Source: an uncultured Candidatus Saccharibacteria bacterium
GTDB taxonomy: Bacteria; Patescibacteriota; Doudnabacteria; UBA920
Length of the DNA: 64,000 bases
Reading direction: 5' to 3'
NCBI GenBank assembly: GCA_964505635.1
Contig: CAZDIP010000003.1
Span: 15,313-79,312 of the forward strand
A program made the position numbers and the translations under genes. A model generated the notes under the pieces. That model was not told where the DNA came from. It saw only the letters and a program-made list of their open reading frames with translations, and searched no databases. The stretch's first letter is position 1. The number at the start of each line of letters is the position of its first letter. This document shows positions 56,301 to 64,000 of this stretch, piece by piece.

Positions 56301-57137
56301 TGAAGTGCCGCCGTTGTAAACCACAAACTTAAGGAAGTTAACATTGGTGGCTCCTTTGGGAACAGTGGAAGGCGGAGTCTGGTTAGAGGCCGCGCCGACG
56401 GTGACTGAACCCGGAGTCGGAGAAGGATTCTGGGGGTTAGAAGTCCAAGAAGGAGAAAGTTGTCCTAATTGGCGGGCGACCATTACGCCGGAAACCGGCC
56501 AGGTCTGAGTGGCGGCGTTAGCCGGCACTGCCTTGCTAAAGGAATAGCCCCAGGAATTGAAAACTTCGTTGCTCGGAATGCCAAGCAAGCTGTTGGCGCC
56601 TACTAAGAAATAGGTTTTATTACCGTTATAGTTGAAATAGGTAATAACACCGGTTCTTAAGGCAGCAGTGGTGTTTTCAATGTTGGAATCGGCCGACAAG
56701 AAGGAAACATCGCCGCTCATGGCGTTAGCAAAGCTAAAACCAAGCCCGGTGAAAACTTCTTGGGACACGAAACCGGCTTTTTTGCCGTTGGTTATAAGGT
56801 AGCAAGTACCTTGGTCAGGGGATCTATCGGAACAAATGATAGAACCATCCTGAGGGGGAATAAAGCCAGCCGGGTCAACCGGTAAGGCTAAATCGTCGGC
56901 GTTAGCAGTCTGTACGGTGGCAAACGAGTTGAAACCGTAAGACAAGAAAGCGCCGCCGGAAGTGTAGGCGCGGCGGGTATTGCTGGAAGTAATCATCCAG
57001 ACAGTACCGTCAGAAGTAATGACATTGGTTCCGGCCGGGTGGGCAGCAGCTTGTGCTACCAACGGAGCAGCCAAAGACATGGTCATTGCAACCGCAGATC
57101 CTACAGCAAAGAGTTTCTTTGCAACAGAATTTTGCAT
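53343..57137 (-). CDS. Large secreted Ser/Thr-rich surface (S-layer-like) protein
   Basis: Sec signal (AQA|A); three N-terminal repeats (DGTVWMI / QGTCYLI / KTYFLV ... F.S.G(F/Y)); multiple beta-rich Ig-like repeats; strongly C-ending codon bias; own promoter and terminator. Confidence 0.75.
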   Translation of the reverse strand: MQNSVAKKLFAVGSAVAMTMSLAAPLVAQAAAHPAGTNVITSDGTVWMITSSNTRRAYTSGGAFLSYGFNSFATVQTANADDLALPVDPAGFIPPQDGSIICSDRSPDQGTCYLITNGKKAGFVSQEVFTGLGFSFANAMSGDVSFLSADSNIENTTAALRTGVITYFNYNGNKTYFLVGANSLLGIPSNEVFNSWGYSFSKAVPANAATQTWPVSGVMVARQLGQLSPSWTSNPQNPSPTPGSVTVGAASNQTPPSTVPKGATNVNFLKFVVYNGGTSAATVNQVTVKRTGAGSTSDLTNVYLYQGASRLTSGRSVNSSTNEAVFSGLNVNVPAGGSITMDVLADIYSSATAGNVHQLMVTSVMLGSTQASGTASGNSMTLAGVSSGTVTIAKTGSITNPKVGEQNVRVGSFTLAASSSEDVVVKRISLYQGGAVASSNLTNLVLKQAGNTLATVAALDSEDKANFEVNFALAKGDTKTFEVYANVSGGSRTGSSETVKFYLEESTDLFAVGQTYGFGTAVTSTDYDGDSCTSSSGDCSYSYVEGGQLTITFNGPSAKDIAKNGKDVEVFNFTMAAQNNLEIRQLAFVFNNGGSGTADFNDNTTPNYTDVKVVDATTGAVVFGPQDLSGTGSATSQTLTFTEDVFLAAGTSKTYKVTLDVANNSDVTSGDVIGATLDVDSLTSNDVKNTDNNTFLTSTDIVPTSDISGNQMTVRVPSLTVALAATPTSKSFVKGSTMVEAAGYVFTASTAADVKVTDLTLTGMIASAAAATMADGSTTNASASTIYVSDNVVTVELYDGATKIGQTKSPSTAGTMTFNGLNWVVPKGSSKTLVVKMTISNSANSSNVIKWKIASSSITAVDPDGNSVTDSTSYPVNGSTTTTVGTAITITGAGTITVATAGNNEQDVTDARIVTAGKTGVTLGKIRFTAVNEELKLTKARIAVATASSTAASAANIADDITALYLYDGSTLVAGPVSLTPSGTIEGYADFTGMTADFIIGKDASKNLTVKADLNTISNGADSGDEFAVWLDGSNNFEVRGTSGSTTLTAPSSGSYVGSYVVLRKSQPKVETVAMTSSLGNGTQTLYRFKVTAVDNDIALKHITFTSSSTTGVSLSSFAIAPQGGSNLTVTSSATYAAGSVTVDITFNSEELITSGSSKTYDFKATVAGADTGDSVTTSIATTDTAAVTGDLSTLAAAQQLRDQDDTNNVGNDMEAATAAYNFIWSDMSATSHSDTAGSSSSDDWTNGRYVRTIPTDSQGLSLN

Positions 57138-57139
57138 TT

Positions 57140-57663
57140 GTTAAATTTTACTCCATTTAAGCAATTGATTATTCAATTGAGACAATCAATTTTGTGCTTA
57201 AATTTTTAATTAATTTTACATCTGATTTTAATACCAACACTTAAGGCTCTAGAGATCTCTTAAATATGGTTTTAAAAAGGATGATTATTGAAATCCTATA
57301 TTAAGACTAAAACGCTAACCTATCGACCAAAAACATTACATGCGTTCCTGAAACAGGAAAACAAACATAATATTTTAAGCTAGCTGGCCTATAAAATAGG
57401 CTCAATAATTAATATTAGACATATTGCCTATGCGTTTTCCTGAGTTTGCAATATGTATGAGGTAAGACGTCTTAATTTTAAGTCTGTTACAACAAAAAAT
57501 TAAGCGACCAGGCTTTTTTGTAAAATACAAAAAGCCAGGGAATATTTATATTTTTTACCTTAAATAAGACAAAAAATAACAATAAACATTCCCTGACTTT
57601 TAACTTTACTGAAAAAAGTAAAATTTATACATGTGTGAGTATTTCAGAATTATATCAGTAATT
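57140..57663 (-). ncRNA. Candidate long structured 5' leader RNA of the surface-protein gene
   Basis: No ORF of 60 aa or more; at least eight inverted repeats between a consensus promoter and the start codon. Confidence 0.45.
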
Positions 57664-57669
57664 TTTAAT

Positions 57670-57698
57670 ATTATAAAATAAGATATCAATTTTGTCAA
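57670..57698 (-). promoter_or_regulatory. Consensus sigma70 promoter upstream of the surface-protein gene
   Basis: Minus strand TTGACA (57698-93)-17 bp-TATAAT (57675-70). Confidence 0.8.
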
Positions 57699-57719
57699 AT
57701 GCTAATATTTACATTCTAC

Positions 57720-57793
57720 TGGTCGGGATGCTGGGAATTGAACCCAGTCTACCTGCTCCCAAAGCAGGCGTACTACCGGTATACTACATCCCG
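57720..57793 (-). tRNA. tRNA-Pro (anticodon UGG)
   Basis: Reverse complement: CGGGATG/CATCCCG acceptor, CCTGC-TTTGGGA-GCAGG anticodon arm, T-loop TTCAATT, CCA; 74 nt. Confidence 0.93.
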
Positions 57794-57864
57794 TAATTAA
57801 CCATAACGCTACAAAAGACAGGCTTTACCTGTCCTTGTGATTTTACCTAATAAACTGCAAAATT

Positions 57865-58701
57865 TCAATGCAAAATTAAGTTATTCCAGTCACCGGCAAA
57901 TTTTTCTATTCCCCTATCGGTCAATTCATGCTCAATATTATACTCTTGCCAGGGATTTTTTAAACTTATTTCCTCAAATTCTATTGGTTTCAACTTTCCG
58001 CTTTCAGTCTTCAACTGACTAACTAAAGTCGGCATCCCGGCTTGTTTCCACTCAGCCAAAACCTTTACTGGCACGGTAACAATATCGCTCCCCATTTCTA
58101 AACACTGGACCAAATGGTTTAAATTTCTTATACTTGCAGACAAAACCTCAACATGTCCGTCGCCTGTTTTATACATTTTCAAGACATTCTTTATAAAATC
58201 CACCCCCCTTTCTCCCTTGTCATCCAAACGTCCTATGAAGGGCGATAAAAACACATCACCTTTTTTAGCGCCTAAACTTGCTGCGTAAACAGCCGCGGCC
58301 TGACTTTGGCTAAAAACCAAAGTCATATTAACTTTAATGCCTTGTTTTAGGCTTAACTCCGCGGCTTTTAAACCCTCAATGGTCGTCGGGTATTTAATAT
58401 GGGCGTTAGGAATCCAGGCGTTAAATTCTTTTGCCTGTCTAAACATTTCGTCGGCCAAAGTTTCCCTGTCCGCGTAAACCTCCACTGAAACCGATCCGTC
58501 TGGAATTAAAACAGATACTTCTTGTACGACTTTTTTATAAAAATCTAGGAGTTCGCTGTGAGTAAATTTTTTTCCGGTGGTCTGGGGGTTTTTGGCAATC
58601 AGCGAAGGATTAGTGGTCTGCCCGTCTAAAAAACCTAAAATATCCAAAGCTTCTTTGGTTTCTTTCGGATCTCCGCTGTCTAAAAAAATTTTAGTTTTCA
58701 T
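57865..58701 (-). CDS. tal: Transaldolase (short Tal/Fsa type)
   Basis: IFLDS, GQTTNPSL, IKYP.T.EG, VNMTLVFS..QA, SPFIGRLDD, ASIR. Confidence 0.9.
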   Translation of the reverse strand: MKTKIFLDSGDPKETKEALDILGFLDGQTTNPSLIAKNPQTTGKKFTHSELLDFYKKVVQEVSVLIPDGSVSVEVYADRETLADEMFRQAKEFNAWIPNAHIKYPTTIEGLKAAELSLKQGIKVNMTLVFSQSQAAAVYAASLGAKKGDVFLSPFIGRLDDKGERGVDFIKNVLKMYKTGDGHVEVLSASIRNLNHLVQCLEMGSDIVTVPVKVLAEWKQAGMPTLVSQLKTESGKLKPIEFEEISLKNPWQEYNIEHELTDRGIEKFAGDWNNLILH

Positions 58702-59117
58702 AAATCAATATGATAATATCTTAAAAACTCCTGATATTTTTTTAAAGCGCTATTCCAAAAGTCTTTTTTTAAAGGCTCATGGGGCGATGTGGTGTCTATC
58801 TGCTGCAAAATCAAACCTTTTAATTCTTTATATAAATTTTTCCAGTCATTGGAATAATAAAGCGGCAGTTTGTCAAACTTATTTAAAAAAATCCTTTGCT
58901 GGGCAACTAAGCTGCTGGGAAATAGATCAAAAAACAAGCCTAAATCTCTCCTTAAATATTGAAAGGTACTACCTTTGTCCGTAGAGCGGCCAAATTCAAA
59001 AACTTTAAGCTTATTTTTTAAACTTTCATACTGCTGTTCTGTAGGCTCTATATTAGCCTTAATTGTGGCAATCTCTATTGAACTTAAAACCGAGTTTATT
59101 TCTTCTTTTGAAGGCAT
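58698..59117 (-). CDS. Hypothetical protein
   Basis: ORF fills the operon gap with an ATGA overlap to tal; no recognised motif. Confidence 0.55.
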   Translation of the reverse strand: MPSKEEINSVLSSIEIATIKANIEPTEQQYESLKNKLKVFEFGRSTDKGSTFQYLRRDLGLFFDLFPSSLVAQQRIFLNKFDKLPLYYSNDWKNLYKELKGLILQQIDTTSPHEPLKKDFWNSALKKYQEFLRYYHIDL

Positions 59118-59140
59118 AATTATGGCTGTTTACAAAAAAT

Positions 59141-59902
59141 TTAATTGAAAAGATGTTTATTCTTTGACAATTTTTTTATTACCTCAAAAGCCTCTTCCGC
59201 ATCATCCACCAAATGGTATATATCCATATCTTCTTTATTAATGGCTTTATTGCGTTTGTAAATATATTCTTCTATCCATGAAAGCAAAGGTCCCCAAAAT
59301 TCCTTATTAACCAGTATAACCGGCACCGGGCGTATTTTTTTGGTCTGGATTAAGGTTACCATTTCAAACAATTCGTCCAAAGTTCCAAAGCCGCCGGGAA
59401 AAAATATATAAACCGCGGACGCGGTTTCCAGCATGACTTTACGGGTAAAAAAGAAAGCAAAACTTTCCGACTCTTTAACATACTGATTGGTGCGCTGTTC
59501 AAAAGGAAGCTTGATGTTTATGCCTACGCTTCTGCCGCCGGCCTCAAAAGCGCCCTTGTTGGCAGCCTCCATAATCCCAGGTCCCCCGCCGGTAATAACC
59601 GTAAAGCCTGATTTAGAGAGCTTGAAAGCCAAATCTTCGGCGTCTTTATATACCCCATTCTGCAGACTTACCCGGGCACTGCCCATAACACTGACCGATT
59701 TTTTAAATTTTTTTAAAAAATCAAAACCGGAAATAAACTCAGCCAGAATTTTCATAATGGTCCAGCTGGAGACTTCCCGAGTTTTGCCTTTTTTAAAAAT
59801 ATGCTCCAGTTCAGCCGCGGGTATGCATATTTCCCTTCCCTGGGAAGTAAAACATACTACGTCGTCGTTTTGTTTTTGGTTTTTATTTTGGCGAAAAATC
59901 AT
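59141..59902 (-). CDS. LOG-family (TIGR00730-like) nucleotide monophosphate nucleosidase
   Basis: [31 protein letters not shown]. Confidence 0.92.
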   Translation of the reverse strand: MIFRQNKNQKQNDDVVCFTSQGREICIPAAELEHIFKKGKTREVSSWTIMKILAEFISGFDFLKKFKKSVSVMGSARVSLQNGVYKDAEDLAFKLSKSGFTVITGGGPGIMEAANKGAFEAGGRSVGINIKLPFEQRTNQYVKESESFAFFFTRKVMLETASAVYIFFPGGFGTLDELFEMVTLIQTKKIRPVPVILVNKEFWGPLLSWIEEYIYKRNKAINKEDMDIYHLVDDAEEAFEVIKKLSKNKHLFN

Positions 59903-59904
59903 AT

Positions 59905-60819
59905 TTATTTTTTATTAAAAACTTTATAAAAATGCAAGTAATTTTTAGCTATCCGGCTAACCGCTTCTTCTCTGTTTATTTGCCCTTCTTTTAAAGCCAT
60001 TAAGGCTTCATGGAAAATGCTTCTGCCTATGGCAAAACCTACCATACCTTCGGCTTTAGCGGCTGCCAAAAGCCACTTTTCCACCTGCGCGTTGTCCGCA
60101 CCGCGCCCTAATATTACAGCCACCACATGCTCTCTCCCCTGGCTTTTAGCCTGCTTTATAACTGCTTCGTACTCAGCTGTTTCTTCCAAACCCTCTATTT
60201 TCCACACATCAGGCTCCACCCCGCCTTCTTGCATTTGTTTTACCATTTCAACCATAAGACCCGGGCGCAGTTCCAGATCATAGCGTTTTTGGTCGCCGGA
60301 AACTTTTTCCAATTGGGAAGGAGTGGCCGGAATTAAGGGTTCAATCAAAAACCCCAAATTATTTGCATGGCAGTAATCGCTCAATTTTTTTAAAGTCTGT
60401 AATTGCCTTTGGTTCATTTCTGAGTCCGGATCTTCCGGATTGTAACGCACCAGGGCTTTGGCAAAAGTGGGCTGAAGGCCTTGCAAATGCTTGCCAAAAT
60501 CTTCCCCGTGCTCAAACATGAATTCCTTTTGCCCGCTTTTTTCCGTACACACCGCAAAAATATAACCGCCGTCTTTCGCGTCTGTTAATACCCTGCCGCC
60601 AAACTGTTCGTCAGTCAAAATTGCCGCGGTTTCTTTAGGCACGCCCAAATTTATGCCGAGCTTAAAACCTTCAAATATTACATGTTTAAAATCCTGGATC
60701 TGCCTTGTTTGCTGCTCGTCTGGCTCTCCGCTAAGTCCTAAAATATTTTTACTAAAGCTGGATCTGTGGTCAAAAGCTAAAATAAACAAAGGCTTATTAT
60801 ATCCTATTTGATTTTTCAT
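59905..60819 (-). CDS. Stand-alone DUF2090 protein (LacD/YihT-like class I aldolase fold)
   Basis: [42 protein letters not shown]. Confidence 0.8.
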   Translation of the reverse strand: MKNQIGYNKPLFILAFDHRSSFSKNILGLSGEPDEQQTRQIQDFKHVIFEGFKLGINLGVPKETAAILTDEQFGGRVLTDAKDGGYIFAVCTEKSGQKEFMFEHGEDFGKHLQGLQPTFAKALVRYNPEDPDSEMNQRQLQTLKKLSDYCHANNLGFLIEPLIPATPSQLEKVSGDQKRYDLELRPGLMVEMVKQMQEGGVEPDVWKIEGLEETAEYEAVIKQAKSQGREHVVAVILGRGADNAQVEKWLLAAAKAEGMVGFAIGRSIFHEALMALKEGQINREEAVSRIAKNYLHFYKVFNKK

Positions 60820-60828
60820 AATTTTTAA

Positions 60829-61032
60829 TTACTTGCTTTCTTCTTGTTTAATGATATTTATGCCTGGTTTTTGTTCAAATTTTTTCCTATGTTTTATCAA
60901 CTTTAAAACCTGCTCAAATGTAGGGTTTTCGTCAATATCTCCCCCGCTTTCCGCGTACCTTTTTCTTGGATGTGGATCTCTTTTAAAATGTTTATAATTT
61001 TCTCTTATTTTATTTTTCTTGATGGTGAGCAA
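60829..61032 (-). CDS. Possible small hypothetical protein
   Basis: 67-aa ORF filling the gap between glpX and the DUF2090 gene; overlaps the glpX end. Confidence 0.35.
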   Translation of the reverse strand: MLTIKKNKIRENYKHFKRDPHPRKRYAESGGDIDENPTFEQVLKLIKHRKKFEQKPGINIIKQEESK

Positions 61033-61951
61033 TTATATATCTTATTGTTCCGCTTTGGGCGCGAATGACCAAAGAATGGGTAGTAATTTTACCTTCTTGA
61101 TATTTAACCCCTTCTAAAAGTGGGCCGTCTATTATTCCTGTGGCGGTAAAAGTCAAAATTTTCCCCTTGACCAAATCTTGGACGTCATAAACCTTTATAA
61201 GGTTGTAGCCTGCATCTTTTATAAGTTTAACATGTTTTTCCTTATGGTCGGAAAACTTAACCAAAATTTGTCCGCCCAAGGGTTTAATGGCCGCAGCGGC
61301 CAAAACTGCTTCAGCAGAAGCGCCTATGCCTAAAAGCATGTCTATACCGCTTTGTGGCAAACACGGCGCAATAGCGCCTGACACATCCCCGTCAGAAATA
61401 AGCCTGACCCTGGCTTTACTTTGCCTAATTTGGGCAATTAAATCCTTATGCCTTTCTCTGTCTAACACACAAACGGTTATATCCTTAACTTTCTTGTTTA
61501 AAGCTTTAGCGGTATTTTGGATATTGGTTTTAACGGACGCCGAAAATTTTACAACTTTTTTAGCTTTTGGCCCTACGGCAATTTTTTCCATATACACATC
61601 TGGGGCAGAAAACATACTACCTTTACTTCCCGAAGCTATAACTGACATAGCATTATACCTGCCAAAAGCTACGCTGTCAGTACATTCAAGCGGGTCAACC
61701 GCCAAATCCATATATGGCCCTTTTTTAGACTTACCTAACTTTTCGCCCTGGTATAATTCCGGGGCTTCGTCTTTGCTGCCTTCGCCTATTACTACGGTGC
61801 CGGAAAAATCTATTTGATTAAAACGGCTCCGCATTTCCTTAACTGCAGCAGCGTCTGCCTTTTTAGCCTCGCCCTTGCCAACCCATTTAGAAGCTGCGAT
61901 AGCCGCGGCTTCGGTCACGCGCACAAATTCTAATGCTAAATTCCTGTCCAT
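61010..61951 (-). CDS. glpX: Class II fructose-1,6-bisphosphatase GlpX
   Basis: MDRNLALE.VRVTEAAA, VIGEG.KDEAP.LY, DLAVDPLE.T, YMEKI, DGDV. Confidence 0.93.
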   Translation of the reverse strand: MDRNLALEFVRVTEAAAIAASKWVGKGEAKKADAAAVKEMRSRFNQIDFSGTVVIGEGSKDEAPELYQGEKLGKSKKGPYMDLAVDPLECTDSVAFGRYNAMSVIASGSKGSMFSAPDVYMEKIAVGPKAKKVVKFSASVKTNIQNTAKALNKKVKDITVCVLDRERHKDLIAQIRQSKARVRLISDGDVSGAIAPCLPQSGIDMLLGIGASAEAVLAAAAIKPLGGQILVKFSDHKEKHVKLIKDAGYNLIKVYDVQDLVKGKILTFTATGIIDGPLLEGVKYQEGKITTHSLVIRAQSGTIRYIIAHHQEK

Positions 61952-61954
61952 AAA

Positions 61955-63859
61955 CTATAAAATTGCCTTTATTTTCTTAGCGATTGCTTCCCCGTTTATT
62001 TCTTCATAAGCCAAAAGTTCCTCCGGCTTGCCGCTCTTGGGCATTTTGGTTACCGCCAAGCTTTCTAAAATATGGTGGACTTCATAAGTACATAAAGCCG
62101 CGGCTACGGCTTCGCCTAATCCCCCTTCTTTAAAATGGTCTTCCACGGTTAAAATAACTCCGGTTTCTTTGGCGGCTTTTTGCAAAGTTTCCACATCAAG
62201 GGGCTTAATGGAATATAAATCTATTACCCGAATATTAATACCTTCTTTCTTTAATTCCTCGTACGCCGCCAAAGCCTCGTGCAGCGTAACCCCCGCTCCC
62301 ACCACCGTTGCCTTATCATCGGCCGATGATCTTAATGTGCACGAACCCCCAATTTTAAATTGATGATTAACCCCCCCTTCCTGCTTACTACCTGCTACTT
62401 GATACTCACTACTGTATAATATTGCCGTTTCTTTACGCGTAGTGCGTATATATACATTGCCATGATGTTTGGCGGCCTCGGCAACAAGTTTTTCCGTTGA
62501 AACCGCATCGCTTGGATAAAGCACCACTCCGCCTAAAACCGTTCTAAACATGGCGATGTCTTCTAAGGCCATTTGACTTGCTCCGTCCTCGCCAATACTT
62601 ACCCCGGCGTGCGAGCCACAAAATTTAATATTCGCGTCAGCATACTGAGACATTCTAATTTGGTCAAACGCCCGGCTAAAAAACGCGGCAAAGGTGGAAA
62701 CAAAAGGAATTTTTCCGCGTCTAGAAAAACCCAAGGCCGTAGAAACCATATTCTGCTCGGCTATATACATTTCAAAAAAACGTTCGGGATGAGTCTTTTT
62801 TACCATTTCCGAATAAGTGGAATTACTGGTTTCCGCGTCTAAAACCACGGCATTAGGATAACTTTCTAAAATATTTACCAATGCGTTACCATAAGCTTTT
62901 CTTGTGGCTACTGCTTTTTCTCTCGGATATTCTGTAATTTTGATATTTGGATTTGAAATTTGTTTCGAATTTAGAATTTCGAATTTCGAATTTATTTCTG
63001 GCTTTGCCACTACTCCGATCAAGCTTTTATCTATATTACCCAATTCGCTTAATGCCTTCGTTAGTTCGTCCTTCGTCAAAGCCTTGCCATGCCAGCCGTC
63101 CTTGTCCTCCATAAAACTCACACCTTTGCCTTTAAGGGTTTTTGCAATAATCATTAAAGGCTTTTCCCTTGTAGGGAAAGGTTTAAAACCGTTCCCTACA
63201 GCGACCGTATGAGATTTCTCAATTTCACTAAAATTATGCCCATCTATTACCACAGTTTCCCACCCAAACGCTTCAGCCTTTCTTTGATAATTCTCCACAT
63301 CGTGCCCAAACATAGTTTCTCCGCGCTGGCCAAGGCGATTGCAGTCTAAAATCGCGATTAAATTGTTTAGTTTATAATGCGTGGCCAAATTCATAGCTTC
63401 CCAAACGCTGCCCTCAGCCATTTCACTGTCGCCCAACAAAACAAAAGTTCTATAACCTAATTTGTCTAACTTAGCATTCAAAGCCATCCCAACCCCTACA
63501 CTTAAACCCTGACCCAAAGAGCCGGTGGGTACCTCGGTGTATTTAAATTCTAAAGTTGGATGCCCCTCAAGCCGGCTTCCAAACTTGCGTAAAGATAGCA
63601 TTTCCTTTTCGCTTACTTTGCCCGCGGCAGCATATAGACTATAAAACAATGGCGAAGCATGTCCTTTGCTAAAAATTAACCGGTCGTTATTAGGATTCTG
63701 GGGATTTTCCAAATCTGCCTTAAAATGCCCTCCAAACATTAAAGCCACCATTAAATCCGCAGCAGATAAAGAAGAAGACGGATGCCCACTCCCCGCCTCC
63801 GTAGTAGAAACCAAGCTATAATACCTAACCAATTTTGCTAATTCTTTTAAATTGTTCAT
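61955..63859 (-). CDS. tkt: Transketolase (single chain) with three short repeat-derived insertions
   Basis: SGHP, SKGHA, TGSLGQG, GDSE..EG..WE, IAEQNM, SHAGVSIGEDGASQM, TVEDH..EGG.GE. Confidence 0.95.
   Translation of the reverse strand: MNNLKELAKLVRYYSLVSTTEAGSGHPSSSLSAADLMVALMFGGHFKADLENPQNPNNDRLIFSKGHASPLFYSLYAAAGKVSEKEMLSLRKFGSRLEGHPTLEFKYTEVPTGSLGQGLSVGVGMALNAKLDKLGYRTFVLLGDSEMAEGSVWEAMNLATHYKLNNLIAILDCNRLGQRGETMFGHDVENYQRKAEAFGWETVVIDGHNFSEIEKSHTVAVGNGFKPFPTREKPLMIIAKTLKGKGVSFMEDKDGWHGKALTKDELTKALSELGNIDKSLIGVVAKPEINSKFEILNSKQISNPNIKITEYPREKAVATRKAYGNALVNILESYPNAVVLDAETSNSTYSEMVKKTHPERFFEMYIAEQNMVSTALGFSRRGKIPFVSTFAAFFSRAFDQIRMSQYADANIKFCGSHAGVSIGEDGASQMALEDIAMFRTVLGGVVLYPSDAVSTEKLVAEAAKHHGNVYIRTTRKETAILYSSEYQVAGSKQEGGVNHQFKIGGSCTLRSSADDKATVVGAGVTLHEALAAYEELKKEGINIRVIDLYSIKPLDVETLQKAAKETGVILTVEDHFKEGGLGEAVAAALCTYEVHHILESLAVTKMPKSGKPEELLAYEEINGEAIAKKIKAIL
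62384..62411. repeat. Four degenerate 7-bp units (CTTGCTA family) inside tkt
   Basis: cttacta cctgcta cttgata ctcacta; same family at 63921-63948. Confidence 0.6.
62938..62993. repeat. AAATTCG heptamer element inside tkt, matching the left arm of the 585-680 element
   Basis: cgaattt agaattt cgaattt cgaattt (62966-93) plus a similar flanking segment. Confidence 0.8.
63170..63200. repeat. GTAG-type REP-like palindrome inside tkt
   Basis: TGTAGGGAA-A-GGTTT-A-AAACC-G-TTCCCTACA. Confidence 0.75.
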
Positions 63860-63890
63860 AAACTGATTATAACTAATTTTTGCTTACAAA

Positions 63891-63924
63891 CAAAACAAAA
63901 CCCCTAAAAAGGGGTTTTGTTTTG
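63891..63924 (-). terminator. Intrinsic terminator upstream of tkt
   Basis: caaaacaaaacccct-aaaa-aggggttttgttttg. Confidence 0.85.
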
Positions 63925-63938
63925 CTACTAACTACTTG

Positions 63939-64000
63939 CTACTTTTTATCCCCGCTCTCAAACGCGGCCATAAACTGCTTCATAAGATCTGTAGTTTTAC
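63939..64000 (-). CDS. 3' end of an unidentified gene cut by the window edge
   Basis: Open frame KTTDLMKQFMAAFESGDKK* ending in TAG just before the terminator. Confidence 0.5.
   Translation of the reverse strand, partial: KTTDLMKQFMAAFESGDKK

Noticed and set aside
53343-57137. Surface-protein gene as a horizontally acquired island because of its high GC
   Set aside because: The bias fits amino-acid composition plus C-ending optimal codons of a highly expressed gene, and there are no mobility signs
61287-61817. 176-aa plus-strand ORF and the many similar 60-180 aa antisense ORFs
   Set aside because: They lie opposite well-conserved genes (here glpX) and have no independent motifs or start signals
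1-64000. CRISPR array, rRNA, IS element, integrase or prophage
   Set aside because: No regularly spaced 25-40 bp repeats with unique spacers, no rRNA-like tract and no transposase, integrase or phage structural motifs in the ORF track

Overview
AT-rich, gene-dense bacterial chromosome segment using genetic code 11. Gene content and style suggest a Patescibacteria/CPR genome, possibly Doudnabacteria or Parcubacteria; this is inference only. From left to right the window holds: bacillithiol genes bshB1-bshA; an NADPH/redox block (zwf, gnd, msrA, VKOR, ATL); typA; holA; tRNA-Lys(CUU) and tRNA-Arg(UCG); and a secretin-less type IV pilus operon (pilB-pilC-pilM-pilN-pilO). Next comes a ~25 kb glycan cluster (priming transferase, Wzx, many glycosyltransferases, four methyltransferases, NDP-sugar enzymes), then two paralogous O-antigen-ligase/TPR proteins and a 1264-aa S-layer-like protein with a ~525-nt structured leader. 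The window ends with tRNA-Pro(UGG) and a tkt-glpX-DUF2090-LOG-tal sugar-phosphate operon. Most notable observations: (1) transketolase carries three short in-frame insertions made of repeat DNA, two matching intergenic repeat families in this window and one REP-like. (2) Three GC-rich self-contained cassettes (promoter, strong SD, 3' hairpin) contrast with the mostly SD-less host genes; two encode NUDIX-fold proteins antisense inside the glycan cluster, and one has a structured leader and an in-frame TAG at codon 7. (3) A BldC-like HTH gene heads part of the glycan cluster and has four 10-bp-phased direct repeats over its own promoter. No CRISPR array, rRNA, integrase or transposase was seen. 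All functional calls are from motif recognition, not database searches.
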